DNA from: Gammaproteobacteria bacterium
Lineage (GTDB): Bacteria; Pseudomonadota; Gammaproteobacteria; Magnimaribacterales; D2472
DNA length: 64,000 nt
Assembly: GCA_045564015.1 (NCBI GenBank)
Contig: JBJLIB010000014.1
Location: 20,466-84,465 of the forward strand
Direction of reading: 5' to 3'
The translations under genes and the position numbers were made by a program. The notes beneath the pieces are model-generated. The model was not told the DNA's origin and made no database searches. It saw only the letters and a program-made list of their open reading frames with translations. Positions 16,437-26,836 of the stretch are shown here, in pieces. Numbering within the stretch: the stretch's first letter is position 1; the number at the start of each line of letters is the position of its first letter.

Positions 16437-19367
16437 ATGAAACTTATTAAACTATCCTTTTTGGTATTGCCACTTATGGTAATGGCAGATAATCCTATTG
16501 TTCCTATGGACGCTGATTCTGCTGACCAAAAACCATCATCTAATAACTCTGCTCAGGTTCAGGAAAGATCTGTTGAGGTGGCTGAATATGAAACATCAAG
16601 CTCATACTCTGATTCTCAAGGAATTGAAGATGTCATAGTCACAGCTACTAGACGTGAAACCAGCATTATGGAAACTCCATTAGCTATTTCAGCCGTAACT
16701 CAAGAAGAGTTAACACGTTTTGGTATTACTAATATTAAAGACCTTAGCTACTCTCTTCCAGGTCTTGCAATACAAAACTCTGATACAAATGCTCCAATAA
16801 TTACTTTAAGAGGCATTAGATCAAATAATGTTACTGAGGTTGGTGATCCTGCAGTAGGCGTTCATGTTGATGGATTGTATCAATCAAGACCTCAAGGTGC
16901 CCAAGCGCTAATGTTTGACCTCGAGAGAGCTGAACTTGCTAGAGGCCCACAAGGAACTTTGTTTGGAAGAAACTCTATTGCTGGCTCTCTAAATATTATT
17001 ACTGCAAAGCCTAATCTTGAAGTTCAAGGCGGCTCTATTACAGTAAATGCTGGGCGTTTTGAAGAAAGAGGTGTGCAAGGCCATTACAACCTTCCATTAA
17101 CAGAAAATTTTGCTATTCGTTTAGCTTTTTCAGATCAATCAAAGGATTCATATTTAGATGGTTACTATGATCCTAACGGTATTGATCATAGATGGTTGCC
17201 TGATAATGTTTTAAGTCAAGCTTCAGCAGTTGATACTTGCGGACAAAGACGCGGTAACTCTGCATATGCTTGGTTTTTGGGATGTAACAACCCTGAGCGA
17301 GCAGACGATGCTGCACCTGGATTTGATCCAGGATACCAGTATGCATCTGCATACAAGGCCATTCCTGCTGATCCATCAACTTTTTATAACAATGTAGATA
17401 ATCATGCATACAGAATTAGTGCATTATTAGTTATCGACGATACTAGCGATCTGAACATTCAATATGAAGTCTTCCAAGATGATGGCGCAGGTTGGATGAA
17501 TGGATTTGATTGCGACATGATAAAAAATAGAACTGGTAGAACTTTTGGTGGCGCTCCATCAAAACCAGCCAATACTTGTGCAGATATTCTAGGTGCAGGC
17601 AGCAGTGAATATACTGCTTTTGTTAATGTTCCTGGTGTTAATGATCTAAGTATTGAGTCTATCAGAGCTATCTACAATAAAGACTTTGGAAACTATCAAA
17701 TGGTTGCTAAGCTTGGAATACAAGCACTAGAGCAATACTCTCAATTTGATATCGATGGCGGAAGAAATGAATGGCAAATGGCCATGGTGCTCAATGATTA
17801 TAAGGCTGACTCAACAACTCTTGATGTTCAGTTTACTGGTGCAACAGATACCATGTCATGGGTTGTTGGCGCCTTCTACTTAGAAGAAGAGAATGATATG
17901 GAAGCATTTTTCCATGCAACTTTTAATGGCGATAACATCTTTATCCAGCCAGATAGAACTATCGAATCAAAAGCTTTATTTGGTCAGGCGACTATGAAGC
18001 TTCAAGATGATTTATACCTAACACTTGGTATTAGACATTCTGAAGATGAAAAATCTGATGTTGGCGGAAAGAATTGGGAATGTAGCGTTTGGAATTCTTG
18101 CTATCCATCTACTGAAATTTGGGGCAATAGACAATTATTCATTCCTAACTTAGCTGCATTAGCTCCAGACTTTCATGTAGCTGGTGGTTTGTATAATGGT
18201 GTTAACTGTACTGCCCAAGGCGGTCCATATGGCGGCGGTCCATATTTTGGTGGAACAGGTTGTATGGTACAAACAGCTAATAATGCGACTTCGCAGTCAT
18301 ATGATTCAACTGACTGGAGAATAGGCCTAGATTGGGATGTTTCAGATAATGCATTTTTATATGCTTATGTTGCAACAGGATTTAAAGCAGGCAGTATCGC
18401 TGATGAAGCTGTTAGGGCTGCAAACACCATCCATCCTGAGGGGCCAGGCTCATCTGTGAATACTTCATACGGACCAGAAGAAGCTACAACATTTGAACTA
18501 GGTTATAAAGGTAAATTTTTAGAGAACAGGCTTTCATTATCAGCTAATTACTACCACACAGTTTATGATGGTAAGCAATTTACTGGTAATGTTCCATTTG
18601 ATGTTATTGCTACCACTGAATACAACATTGATACCGGTCAATTAGATCCAGTTAACCAAGTTGTAACTTTCTGGGGCACGCAAAACTTTGGTGAACAGGA
18701 GATGAAGGGTCTTGAAATTGAGTTTGACTACCTTCCATATGAAGGTGGACGTGTAAGTGGTTGGATTACTACCATGGATACAGAAGTAACCGAGGATTTC
18801 AATACTCAATGGTATTACGGCCAGGATGCATATCTAGGTAGAAGTGGATATGATGCCTCAGTAGCAAATGTGCCAGAGAATTATGTCAACTTAAAAGGTA
18901 ACGAAGCACCTTATTCACCTAACTTAGCTTTTACAATCAAGTACGAGCATACATTTAACTTAGGTACTATGGGCCAATTAATTCCATCTATTAATTATCA
19001 TTGGCAAGCAGAGGATTATCTAACAATTTGGAATGCAGATAAGCATATCAATGATGCTGGTGGTTATGGTACTTATGGTTGTACAAATTTTGGTGCTGCT
19101 GATGGGTGCGCATATGGCTTCATTGATCTTCCAGGATACTTTAATGAAAGCACAGATGTTTTTGGCGATCAAAGAAGCAGCTGGAGCATGGTTGATCTAA
19201 TTGTTACTTATAAGCCTTCTGGTGATGCTCCCTGGTATGCCCAAGCTTTTGCATATAATGTAACTGACGAGGTTATTTCTTACTGGAGAGGAGTTGAGGC
19301 AGGTGTTCCTAGTGGAGCTTTCTCAGCGCCAACACAGTACGGAATTAGAGTTGGATATTATTGGTAA
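16437..19367 (+). CDS. TonB-dependent receptor (TBDR1)
   Basis: It has a signal peptide, a TonB-box-like DVIVTATRR, the plug motif RGPQGTLFGRNSIAGS, a long beta-barrel and a terminal aromatic residue (GYYW). I prefer ATG 16437 over the TTG at 16425. Confidence 0.9.
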   Translation: MKLIKLSFLVLPLMVMADNPIVPMDADSADQKPSSNNSAQVQERSVEVAEYETSSSYSDSQGIEDVIVTATRRETSIMETPLAISAVTQEELTRFGITNIKDLSYSLPGLAIQNSDTNAPIITLRGIRSNNVTEVGDPAVGVHVDGLYQSRPQGAQALMFDLERAELARGPQGTLFGRNSIAGSLNIITAKPNLEVQGGSITVNAGRFEERGVQGHYNLPLTENFAIRLAFSDQSKDSYLDGYYDPNGIDHRWLPDNVLSQASAVDTCGQRRGNSAYAWFLGCNNPERADDAAPGFDPGYQYASAYKAIPADPSTFYNNVDNHAYRISALLVIDDTSDLNIQYEVFQDDGAGWMNGFDCDMIKNRTGRTFGGAPSKPANTCADILGAGSSEYTAFVNVPGVNDLSIESIRAIYNKDFGNYQMVAKLGIQALEQYSQFDIDGGRNEWQMAMVLNDYKADSTTLDVQFTGATDTMSWVVGAFYLEEENDMEAFFHATFNGDNIFIQPDRTIESKALFGQATMKLQDDLYLTLGIRHSEDEKSDVGGKNWECSVWNSCYPSTEIWGNRQLFIPNLAALAPDFHVAGGLYNGVNCTAQGGPYGGGPYFGGTGCMVQTANNATSQSYDSTDWRIGLDWDVSDNAFLYAYVATGFKAGSIADEAVRAANTIHPEGPGSSVNTSYGPEEATTFELGYKGKFLENRLSLSANYYHTVYDGKQFTGNVPFDVIATTEYNIDTGQLDPVNQVVTFWGTQNFGEQEMKGLEIEFDYLPYEGGRVSGWITTMDTEVTEDFNTQWYYGQDAYLGRSGYDASVANVPENYVNLKGNEAPYSPNLAFTIKYEHTFNLGTMGQLIPSINYHWQAEDYLTIWNADKHINDAGGYGTYGCTNFGAADGCAYGFIDLPGYFNESTDVFGDQRSSWSMVDLIVTYKPSGDAPWYAQAFAYNVTDEVISYWRGVEAGVPSGAFSAPTQYGIRVGYYW

Positions 19368-19385
19368 AAGATAATAAAAATTTAA

Positions 19386-19410
19386 AGAGGGCGTAAGCCC
19401 TCTTTTTTTT
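19386..19410 (+). terminator. intrinsic terminator
   Basis: Stem AGAGGGC/GCCCUCU with loop GUAA, followed by a U-run. Confidence 0.8.
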
Positions 19411-19421
19411 GTTAAAATTAA

Positions 19422-20417
19422 ATGATGAAATTTAATCAAATTTTGCTTCTTTCATTCGCTCTTTTTGGTTGCACTCAGACGGCTGAGGTTAAGCCAACTT
19501 ACTTGACTGAAAAGATTGAATATCCCTCTAAAAATATACTTGGCTTTGAAAATTTATTTGGTGATGGTTTGGATTCCCAGAAAAATGTAGAAATATTTGG
19601 AGTTTTGCATTTTCCTGATAATTACGATTCGTTGAAAAAATATCCTGCTGTTGTAGCCTCGCATGGTTCATCAAATTGGAGAGCACACCATCTAAAATAC
19701 ATAGAGCAAATCCGTCAAGCAGGCTTTATTGTGTTAGCTATGCATCCTTTTGATTCAAGGGGTGTTGATAGCACAGTTGGCAATCAGATAAATGTAACTA
19801 GCGAAACCGTAATTTATGACATGGCTATGAGCCTTAATTTATTATGGGATGACTCCAGAATTAACAATAAAAAGATTTATGCAGCAGGTTGGAGCCTTGG
19901 CGGCACCGCAACTTTATTCAATGGATGGCTGCCACTTCAAGACTCACTTAATAAAAGTGGCGCTTCATATGCCGGTTATCTTATGTGGTATCCAGGTTGC
20001 TTAGCATTACCTGATTTGAATCAATGGGATCAAGATCTTATGCAAATATATATTGGCGAAGAGGATAACTGGACTCCACCTCAACCATGCAAGGAATTGG
20101 TTGCAGTTATTAATGCCCAGGGGGGCAACGCATTTATTGAGCTTTATCCTAACTCATTTCACTCGTTTGACGGTCCTCAACCTCTGAGACTTATACCGGA
20201 TGCTTATAGTTGGGCTGAGTGTAAATTAAAACTCAATGCCAATACTAAAAAAGTCTACGACCCTCAAAATAAATCCTTAGATTTTTCTGATCCCAAGCTA
20301 AGAAGAGCTGCTTATGAAAGCTGTGCTGTGAAAGGGGAGGTTATGGCTGGAGCTAGTCCAGAATATAAAAATGCGGCTTATGAGCACCTCAGTGGTCTGT
20401 TACCTAAATTGGATTAA
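19422..20417 (+). CDS. alpha/beta hydrolase lipoprotein (dienelactone-hydrolase-like)
   Basis: The lipobox LFGC and the nucleophile elbow GWSLGG are present, with a C-terminal His region (NSFHSFD). Confidence 0.6.
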   Translation: MMKFNQILLLSFALFGCTQTAEVKPTYLTEKIEYPSKNILGFENLFGDGLDSQKNVEIFGVLHFPDNYDSLKKYPAVVASHGSSNWRAHHLKYIEQIRQAGFIVLAMHPFDSRGVDSTVGNQINVTSETVIYDMAMSLNLLWDDSRINNKKIYAAGWSLGGTATLFNGWLPLQDSLNKSGASYAGYLMWYPGCLALPDLNQWDQDLMQIYIGEEDNWTPPQPCKELVAVINAQGGNAFIELYPNSFHSFDGPQPLRLIPDAYSWAECKLKLNANTKKVYDPQNKSLDFSDPKLRRAAYESCAVKGEVMAGASPEYKNAAYEHLSGLLPKLD

Positions 20418-20815
20418 CTAGAAAACTCTTTCCAGCCCCTGTAACCACCTTCAAGGTTCTGGACATTTTTAAATCCAAGCTCCATTAATGTCTTGCCAGC
20501 AAGGGAAGCTCTGCTTCCTCCGCCACAGTATACGATAATGGGTGTATTTGCATTTAAACCTTTGTCATCATTGGTTGGCGCAAGTTTCATTTCAATCAAA
20601 CCTCTGGGGATATTTACAGCATTAGCAATACTTCCAGTTTCAAGAATTTCAGTCCCCTCCCGAACGTCTATCACAAAGTATTTCTCTGAGTTTTCTAGAA
20701 AACTTTGACAAGAAATTTTAGGAACTACGGTGTGAGCCTGTGCAATTAAATCCTTGAGTGTCATTAAATTATTATCTTTTGAATTCACTTTTCGTGCAAT
20801 CCATTTATTTGGCAC
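20414..20815 (-). CDS. rhodanese-domain sulfurtransferase
   Basis: The active-site loop is CGGGSRAS. The 20815 start is a GTG; the alternative ATG at 20764 would give 116 aa. Confidence 0.75.
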   Translation of the reverse strand: MPNKWIARKVNSKDNNLMTLKDLIAQAHTVVPKISCQSFLENSEKYFVIDVREGTEILETGSIANAVNIPRGLIEMKLAPTNDDKGLNANTPIIVYCGGGSRASLAGKTLMELGFKNVQNLEGGYRGWKEFSS

Positions 20816-20869
20816 AGTAATTGCATTTTACAAGATATTAAATTCACATAATTGTTGCAATGTTAGCGC

Positions 20870-20915
20870 TGTAAACATACTATGATGAATGTTTAATGTT
20901 TACAGTGTAAACATT
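20870..20915. promoter_or_regulatory. composite operator-like palindrome array (TGTAAACA units)
   Basis: AATGTTTACAgTGTAAACATT (20895-20915) is a perfect 21-bp palindrome. Two further half-sites, TGTAAACAT (20870-20878) and ATGTTTA (20889-20895), form a second inverted pair. Confidence 0.5.
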
Positions 20916-20962
20916 ATAAAAAATATGTATAAATAAAATTCATAATATAAAGGAGACTTATA

Positions 20963-21235
20963 ATGAAGAGACTTTTACTAGCATTAACAGTAATTACATT
21001 GCCCTCAATAGCGAGTGCTCAAATTGCTATTCAAGATGACTATGCAATTCAAGGCAAAATATTTGCTGTTAAAACAGCAAAGAAATATTCTTCAGTGGAA
21101 GGCTGTTCAAAAATCGCTCTTTCAAAGACCAAGGTCGAAGGATTTACTTTTGAATCTAAATCTCAAAAATGTACCTTATTTAAAAAGGTGCGTAATCTCA
21201 AAGAAAAAAAAGGCTTTGTTTCAGGTACAAAGTAA
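20963..21235 (+). CDS. small secreted protein (hypothetical, 2 Cys)
   Basis: 90 aa with the signal peptide MKRLLLALTVITLPSIASA. An SD (AAGGAG) lies 8 nt upstream. Confidence 0.5.
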   Translation: MKRLLLALTVITLPSIASAQIAIQDDYAIQGKIFAVKTAKKYSSVEGCSKIALSKTKVEGFTFESKSQKCTLFKKVRNLKEKKGFVSGTK

Positions 21236-21255
21236 AATATTGTCTTAATATATAG

Positions 21256-21280
21256 AAGGGAGTTTTATGCTCCCTTTTTT
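21256..21280 (+). terminator. intrinsic terminator
   Basis: Stem AAGGGAG/CUCCCUU with a 7-nt loop, followed by a U-run. Confidence 0.75.
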
Positions 21281-21333
21281 GTTTTTAGAGCGTTTTATCT
21301 GTAATATCACAGCTGAAAAACAGCTTTAATATT

Positions 21334-22536
21334 ATGTTAGATAATAAACAATCAAATTTGTTGCTTTGCATTACAGGCAGTATAGCTGCTTATAAATCTG
21401 TGGATCTTGCTCGTTTATTTATAAAAAATAATTTTGATGTTCGGGTAATTATGACGGAGGCGTCAAAAGAATTTATAACACCCCTTACCCTGCAAGCTGT
21501 TAGCGGTCATCAGGTACATGAAAATCTTCTTGATACGGAAGCAGAAAGGGCCATGGGCCACATTGAGTTAGCTAAATGGGCTGATTTAATAGTGATTGCG
21601 CCTTGTAGCGCTGAAACTATTTCTCGATTGGCTCAAGGAAGAGCTGATGATCTTCTTGGTGCTGTTATCTTAGCCTCTAAAGCCCAAAATTTTATAGCTC
21701 CTGCTATGAATATGAATATGTGGTCAAATCAAACGACTCAGCAAAATGTAGAATATCTATCATCTATTGGTATGGATTTTGTTGGTCCGTCGAAAGGAGA
21801 GCAAGCATGTGGTGATAACGGCTATGGAAGAATGTCTGAGCCTGAAGAAATATATGAGACGATTATGTTGACTCAAAACAAACCTTTGGCAGGTAAGAAG
21901 ATAATTATTACAGCTGGCCCCACCCGAGAGCAAATTGATCCAGTAAGGTTTATTTCAAATAATAGTTCAGGAAAAATGGGCTTCGCAATGGCTGAAGCTG
22001 CTGCAAGGTCTGGTGCTGAAGTAATTTTAATTTCTGGACCTGTTTCACTTTCTTGTTCACCCCAAATCCAAAGACTGGATGTCCAAACAGCAGATGAGAT
22101 GTATAAGGAAGCTCAATCATCAATGTCAGACGCTGATATTTTTATAGGCTGTGCTGCCGTTGCTGATTTCAAACCAGCACATCAAAATATACAAAAAATA
22201 AAAAAAACAGATGAGGATCGACTCAATATAGAGCTGAAAAAAAACATTGATATTATTTCATCCTTAGCTATGGAGTTTACTGATAAAAGATTTATGGGCT
22301 TCTGTGCAGAAACTGAAAGAATTGAAGAGCATGCAAAATCAAAATTAATCAAGAAAGGTTTGGACTTTATTGTTGCTAATGATGTATCTAAGTCAGATAT
22401 TGGGTTTGATTCTGATTATAATGAAGTTAGCGTTTTTACAGATAAGTCACATCAATTTTTTCAAAAAGCATCAAAAAGGCTTCTAGCTATTCAATTGATT
22501 AATTTGCTGAGTCAGGACACTCAATCACTTCACTAA
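21334..22536 (+). CDS. coaBC: bifunctional phosphopantothenoylcysteine decarboxylase / phosphopantothenate-cysteine ligase
   Basis: 400 aa with an N-terminal flavoprotein domain (LLCITGSIAAYK) and a C-terminal CoaB domain (ITAGPTREQIDPVRFISNNSSGKMG). Confidence 0.95.
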   Translation: MLDNKQSNLLLCITGSIAAYKSVDLARLFIKNNFDVRVIMTEASKEFITPLTLQAVSGHQVHENLLDTEAERAMGHIELAKWADLIVIAPCSAETISRLAQGRADDLLGAVILASKAQNFIAPAMNMNMWSNQTTQQNVEYLSSIGMDFVGPSKGEQACGDNGYGRMSEPEEIYETIMLTQNKPLAGKKIIITAGPTREQIDPVRFISNNSSGKMGFAMAEAAARSGAEVILISGPVSLSCSPQIQRLDVQTADEMYKEAQSSMSDADIFIGCAAVADFKPAHQNIQKIKKTDEDRLNIELKKNIDIISSLAMEFTDKRFMGFCAETERIEEHAKSKLIKKGLDFIVANDVSKSDIGFDSDYNEVSVFTDKSHQFFQKASKRLLAIQLINLLSQDTQSLH

Positions 22537-22538
22537 TT

Positions 22539-23354
22539 ATGTCAGCTCATCAATCTCAACCATTGGTTACTATCAATACTTTGCAAAGCTTAAAGGCAAA
22601 GGGAGAAAAATTTACATGTTTGACCGCTTATGAATCTACTCTTGCAAATATCATCAGCCAGGCTGGTGTTGAGGTTATCTTAGTTGGCGATAGTTTGGGG
22701 ATGGTTATTCAGGGACATGAGAGCACACTTCCAGTAACTATGGATAACTTAATCTATCATTTAAAAAATGTTTCTAGAGGTAACGTGAACTCTCATCTGA
22801 TGGCAGATATGCCTTTTATGAGCTATGCAACCAAAGATGCTGCTTTATCAAATGCAGGCCTTTTGATGCAAAATGGAGCTCACTCTATCAAACTTGAAGG
22901 CGGTCATTGGATTTGTGATTTAACCAATACATTAGCTGAAAGAGGAATACCAGTTTGCGCTCACATGGGTCTCACACCTCAATCTATTAATAGGATTGGT
23001 GGATATTTTGTTCAGGGTAGAGATACAGATAAGAGGGATGAGATGATTTCTGAGGCGAAGGCTTTAGAGTCTGCAGGAGCCTCGCTTTTGTTACTAGAGT
23101 GTGTTCCAGAAGACTTAGCCAAGGAAATTACTCAATCTTTATCAATCCCAGTTATTGGAATAGGTGCTGGAGTTTATACAGATGCTCAGGTTATGGTAAT
23201 CCATGACTTATTAGGAATTTCCTGCTTGGATAAATCACCTAAGTTTGTTAAAAACTTTCTTGCTGAAAATGATTCTATTCAAAGCTCTGTAAATGCTTAT
23301 GTTAAAGCAGTCAAAGAGAAACAATTTCCTGCAAAAGAACATACTTTTTTTTAA
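22539..23354 (+). CDS. panB: 3-methyl-2-oxobutanoate hydroxymethyltransferase
   Basis: Looks like PanB across its full length (LVGDSLGMV..., KLEGG...). It sits within the pan gene context. Confidence 0.9.
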   Translation: MSAHQSQPLVTINTLQSLKAKGEKFTCLTAYESTLANIISQAGVEVILVGDSLGMVIQGHESTLPVTMDNLIYHLKNVSRGNVNSHLMADMPFMSYATKDAALSNAGLLMQNGAHSIKLEGGHWICDLTNTLAERGIPVCAHMGLTPQSINRIGGYFVQGRDTDKRDEMISEAKALESAGASLLLLECVPEDLAKEITQSLSIPVIGIGAGVYTDAQVMVIHDLLGISCLDKSPKFVKNFLAENDSIQSSVNAYVKAVKEKQFPAKEHTFF

Positions 23355-23356
23355 AC

Positions 23357-24172
23357 TTGAAAGTTCTTAATTCACTTAATGATTTAGATCAATTTCTTAA
23401 CTCTTGTGGAGAGGTAAATTTTGTTCCAACTATGGGTAATCTTCATGATGGCCATCTTAAATTAGTGACTGAGGCTAATAAGTTTGAAGGAGTTACCTTA
23501 GCTTCTATTTATGTTAACCCACTTCAATTTGGTCCTAATGAAGATTTGGATGTTTATCCAAGAACGCTGGATCAAGACCTAAAGCATCTTGAAACAATTT
23601 CATGCGATGCTGTGTTTTGCCCAGCGCCTGATTTTGCAAAAAATGCGATCAAAATAAGTGCGAATTCAATGCTTTCAAAAAAACTATGCGGAATCTCAAG
23701 GCCACATTTTTTTGATGGAGTAATTACAATTCTTAATCATTTTTTTCAATTGGTTAGGCCTAATAATGTATTTTTTGGGCTCAAAGATTACCAACAATAT
23801 TTGATAGTTAAAGATTTTTTAGTCAATTCAAATCTCAACATAGACATTTATGGGGTTCAAACTCAAAGAGAGGAGGATGGATTAGCAATGTCTTCAAGAA
23901 ATAACTTGATGTCTTCTCAGCAAAGAGCAAATGCAAAACATCTGCCAATTATTTTAAAAGAAATTGCACAAAGATCTAAGCATGAAAACTTAGCAAATTT
24001 AAAAATAGAAGGTATTCAGAGATTGGAAGAGTTAAATTTTAACGTAGATTATTTTTTATTTTGTAATTCAACTACCCTTGAAGAACTATTTGAGTTTGAA
24101 CCAAATACTTTAGTGGCTGTCGCTGCAAAGCTAGGGAATGTAAGGCTGATAGACAATTTTATTATTCAATAA
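23357..24172 (+). CDS. panC: pantoate--beta-alanine ligase
   Basis: The motif PTMGNLHDGH is present. TTG start, 2 nt after panB. Confidence 0.9.
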   Translation: MKVLNSLNDLDQFLNSCGEVNFVPTMGNLHDGHLKLVTEANKFEGVTLASIYVNPLQFGPNEDLDVYPRTLDQDLKHLETISCDAVFCPAPDFAKNAIKISANSMLSKKLCGISRPHFFDGVITILNHFFQLVRPNNVFFGLKDYQQYLIVKDFLVNSNLNIDIYGVQTQREEDGLAMSSRNNLMSSQQRANAKHLPIILKEIAQRSKHENLANLKIEGIQRLEELNFNVDYFLFCNSTTLEELFEFEPNTLVAVAAKLGNVRLIDNFIIQ

Positions 24173-24212
24173 TATTGGATTTTAGGCGTTTTTCTTGCAT
24201 ACTTCTCAACCT

Positions 24213-24602
24213 ATGAAAAGAGTGCTACTAAATTCAAAGCTGCATCGTCTTCACGTAACTCAGGTTGAGATTGATTACGAAGGTTCGTGCGCCTTGGATA
24301 CAGACTTCATGGCAGCGGCCAAGATGACTGAATATGAAAAAGTTGAAATATACAACGTTACGAATGGAGAGCGTTTCTCAACATATTTAATTGCTGCAGA
24401 AGCTGGTTCAAAAACGGTTTCAATCAATGGAGCAGCTGCACATAAAGCGTCGCCAGAAGATATTATTATTATTTGTTCATACGTATCAATGTCTGAAAAT
24501 CAAATCTCTAATCATGCTCCTACGTTAGTTTATTTTAACGAATCGAATGAAATTGTAGATACTAAATCTTCAATTCCAACACAAAGACTTAGATCTCTTT
24601 AA
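24213..24602 (+). CDS. panD: aspartate 1-decarboxylase
   Basis: MKRVLLNSKLHRLHVTQVEIDYEGSCALD contains the Gly-Ser self-processing site. I prefer ATG 24213 over the longer ORF that starts at 24195. Confidence 0.9.
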   Translation: MKRVLLNSKLHRLHVTQVEIDYEGSCALDTDFMAAAKMTEYEKVEIYNVTNGERFSTYLIAAEAGSKTVSINGAAAHKASPEDIIIICSYVSMSENQISNHAPTLVYFNESNEIVDTKSSIPTQRLRSL

Positions 24603-24628
24603 TAATCACCAGCAATGGTGTAACTTCA

Positions 24629-25630
24629 ATGTCTATCATGAAAAATTTTATTACTACGCAAAATTGGTCTCGCTCAGAGCTTCAGGATATTCTTGATTTT
24701 GCCATTGAGCTTAAAAATAAACCACACCAACCTCTTTTAAAAAATAAGTCAATTGCAATGTTGTTTTTTAACCCTTCGCTCAGAACAAAAACTAGTTTTG
24801 AAGTTGGAATTAGTGAGCTTTCAGGTACGGCAGTTATCTTGCAACCAGGTAAAGATGCTTGGCCAATTGAATTTGAAGAAAATGTTGTCATGGATGGAAG
24901 CTCAGAAGAGCATGTGAAAGAAGTTGCACAAGTTTTATCGTCTTATTGTGATTGCATTGCGATTAGAGCGTTCCCTCAGTTTATGGACTGGGATCACGAT
25001 AGAGCAGATTCAGTTATTAACAGCTTTGCAAAATATGCTTCTGTGCCTGTGGTGAACATGGAGACAATTGAGCATCCATGCCAAGAACTTGCCCATATCT
25101 TAACTTTGCAAGAACATTATGGCGACCTTCAGGGCAAAGATTATCTGCTAACTTGGACGTATCATCCCAAGCCTTTGAATACTGCTGTTGCTAATTCTAG
25201 TCTCTTGATAGCGAGTAAGTTTGGTATGAATGTTAAATTATTATGTCCCTCTGAGGATTATCATCTAGATGATAGATATCTTAAAGCTGCGGAAAAGAAT
25301 TGTGAATCTGAAGGAGCTTCGTTTGATGTGTCCTATGATATTGATAGCGCTTATTCAAATGTAGATATTGTCTACGCAAAAAGCTGGGGTTGTCTTAGTC
25401 ACTATGGAAAAATAGATGATCAAATTGCCAATAACGATCAAAATAAGCACTTTATTGTTGATGAATCAAAGATGAACCTTACAAATAATGCTGTTTTTAG
25501 TCATTGTCTTCCTTTAAGAAGAAATGTGAAAGCAACCGATGGGGTCATGGATTCTGATTATTGCATAGCGGTTAAAGAAGCGGCGAATAGAAAGCATGTT
25601 CAAAAATCCATGCTTAGTAAAATTTTATAG
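24629..25630 (+). CDS. argF': N-acetylornithine carbamoyltransferase (AOTCase-type transcarbamylase)
   Basis: FFNPSLRTKTSFE, HPCQELAH, LTWTYHPKPLNTAVANS and SHCLPLRRNVKATD match my recollection of the Xanthomonas-type AOTCase rather than a classical OTCase. The cluster context (argE, fused argA/B) agrees. Confidence 0.8.
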   Translation: MSIMKNFITTQNWSRSELQDILDFAIELKNKPHQPLLKNKSIAMLFFNPSLRTKTSFEVGISELSGTAVILQPGKDAWPIEFEENVVMDGSSEEHVKEVAQVLSSYCDCIAIRAFPQFMDWDHDRADSVINSFAKYASVPVVNMETIEHPCQELAHILTLQEHYGDLQGKDYLLTWTYHPKPLNTAVANSSLLIASKFGMNVKLLCPSEDYHLDDRYLKAAEKNCESEGASFDVSYDIDSAYSNVDIVYAKSWGCLSHYGKIDDQIANNDQNKHFIVDESKMNLTNNAVFSHCLPLRRNVKATDGVMDSDYCIAVKEAANRKHVQKSMLSKIL

Positions 25631-25639
25631 GTATTAATA

Positions 25640-26836
25640 ATGAATAAAAAAGTAGTATTAGCATTTTCTGGAGGTCTTGACACAAGCTTCTGCATCCCAT
25701 ATTTAATTGATCAAGGTTATGAAGTTCATACTTTATTTGTAAACACTGGCGGCATTTCATCAAAAGAAGAGAGTGCAATTACAAAAAGAGCCAATGAATT
25801 GGGTGCAAAAAAACATATCAATATCAATGTTGAAAAAAGTTTATGGTCTGAGATTTTAGTTCCATTGGTGCAATCCGGGGCTCTTTATCAAAATAAGTAT
25901 CCCGCACTTTGTTCTGATAGGTACTTGATCGTCAAAGAATCAATTAAATTATGTAAAAAATTAAATACCAAAGATATTGCTCACGGTTGCACAGGCATGG
26001 GAAATGATCAGATTAGATTTGATCTTTCTATTAGAGCTCATGGAAATTACAACATCATCACTCCAATCAGAGAGATTCAAAATATTACAAAGAATGTAAG
26101 AGCCTATGAAGAGGATTATTTGCAAGATAAAGGATTTAAGGTCTCTTCATTGCATAAAAAATACAGCATAAATGAAAATCTCATGGGAGCGACGATCTCA
26201 GGCAGTGAAATTGATGAATGGGAAGAACCATCAAGCGAAAGTTTTGTGCTTTGCAAATTACCTCATCAATACCCTAAAAAACCAAAAACACTAATAATAA
26301 AATTCCTCAAAGGAAAAGTTGTTGCTATTAATAATAAGAAAATGCAGGGCGCTGATTTTCTTAGAACTCTCAATATACTCGGAGGTTCTTTCGGCATAGG
26401 GCGCTCAGTTTTTTCAAGCGATACAATAATTGGGCTGAAGGGTAGATTTGTCTTTGAAGCTCCTGGTATTGCAATTTTGATGTCAGCTCACAGAGCTTTA
26501 GAGGAAGCTGTTTTAACTGATAAACAAAATTTTGTGAAAGCTCAAGTGGGTCAAGAATGGGTTAATTTAGTTTATAGAGGGTTTTATTTTGAGCCTTTAA
26601 GAGAAAATCTAGAGGCATTTTTGCTTGATTCTCAAAAAACTGTTTCTGGGGAGGTTACTTTGAAGCTTACTCCTGGGCGTGTTGATGCAGTGGCTGTAAA
26701 GTCAAAAAATATTCTTAAGAGTCCAGAGGGCTCTTATGCTCAGTCTGCAACATGGTCAGAAGCAGAATCAAAAGGATTTATTAAGCTAATAGGTCAAAGC
26801 ACCTCAACTTGGTCTTCCATCCATAAGAAAAAATGA
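25640..26836 (+). CDS. argG: argininosuccinate synthase
   Basis: The N-terminal ATP-PPase motif AFSGGLDTS is present, and the 398-aa length fits. Confidence 0.9.
   Translation: MNKKVVLAFSGGLDTSFCIPYLIDQGYEVHTLFVNTGGISSKEESAITKRANELGAKKHININVEKSLWSEILVPLVQSGALYQNKYPALCSDRYLIVKESIKLCKKLNTKDIAHGCTGMGNDQIRFDLSIRAHGNYNIITPIREIQNITKNVRAYEEDYLQDKGFKVSSLHKKYSINENLMGATISGSEIDEWEEPSSESFVLCKLPHQYPKKPKTLIIKFLKGKVVAINNKKMQGADFLRTLNILGGSFGIGRSVFSSDTIIGLKGRFVFEAPGIAILMSAHRALEEAVLTDKQNFVKAQVGQEWVNLVYRGFYFEPLRENLEAFLLDSQKTVSGEVTLKLTPGRVDAVAVKSKNILKSPEGSYAQSATWSEAESKGFIKLIGQSTSTWSSIHKKK

Noticed and set aside
21015-21248. An alternative-frame 77-aa ORF overlapping the 20963..21235 ORF.
   Set aside because: The 20963 frame has an AAGGAG SD and a clear signal peptide. 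The alternative frame is a lysine- and leucine-rich artefact of AT-rich DNA.
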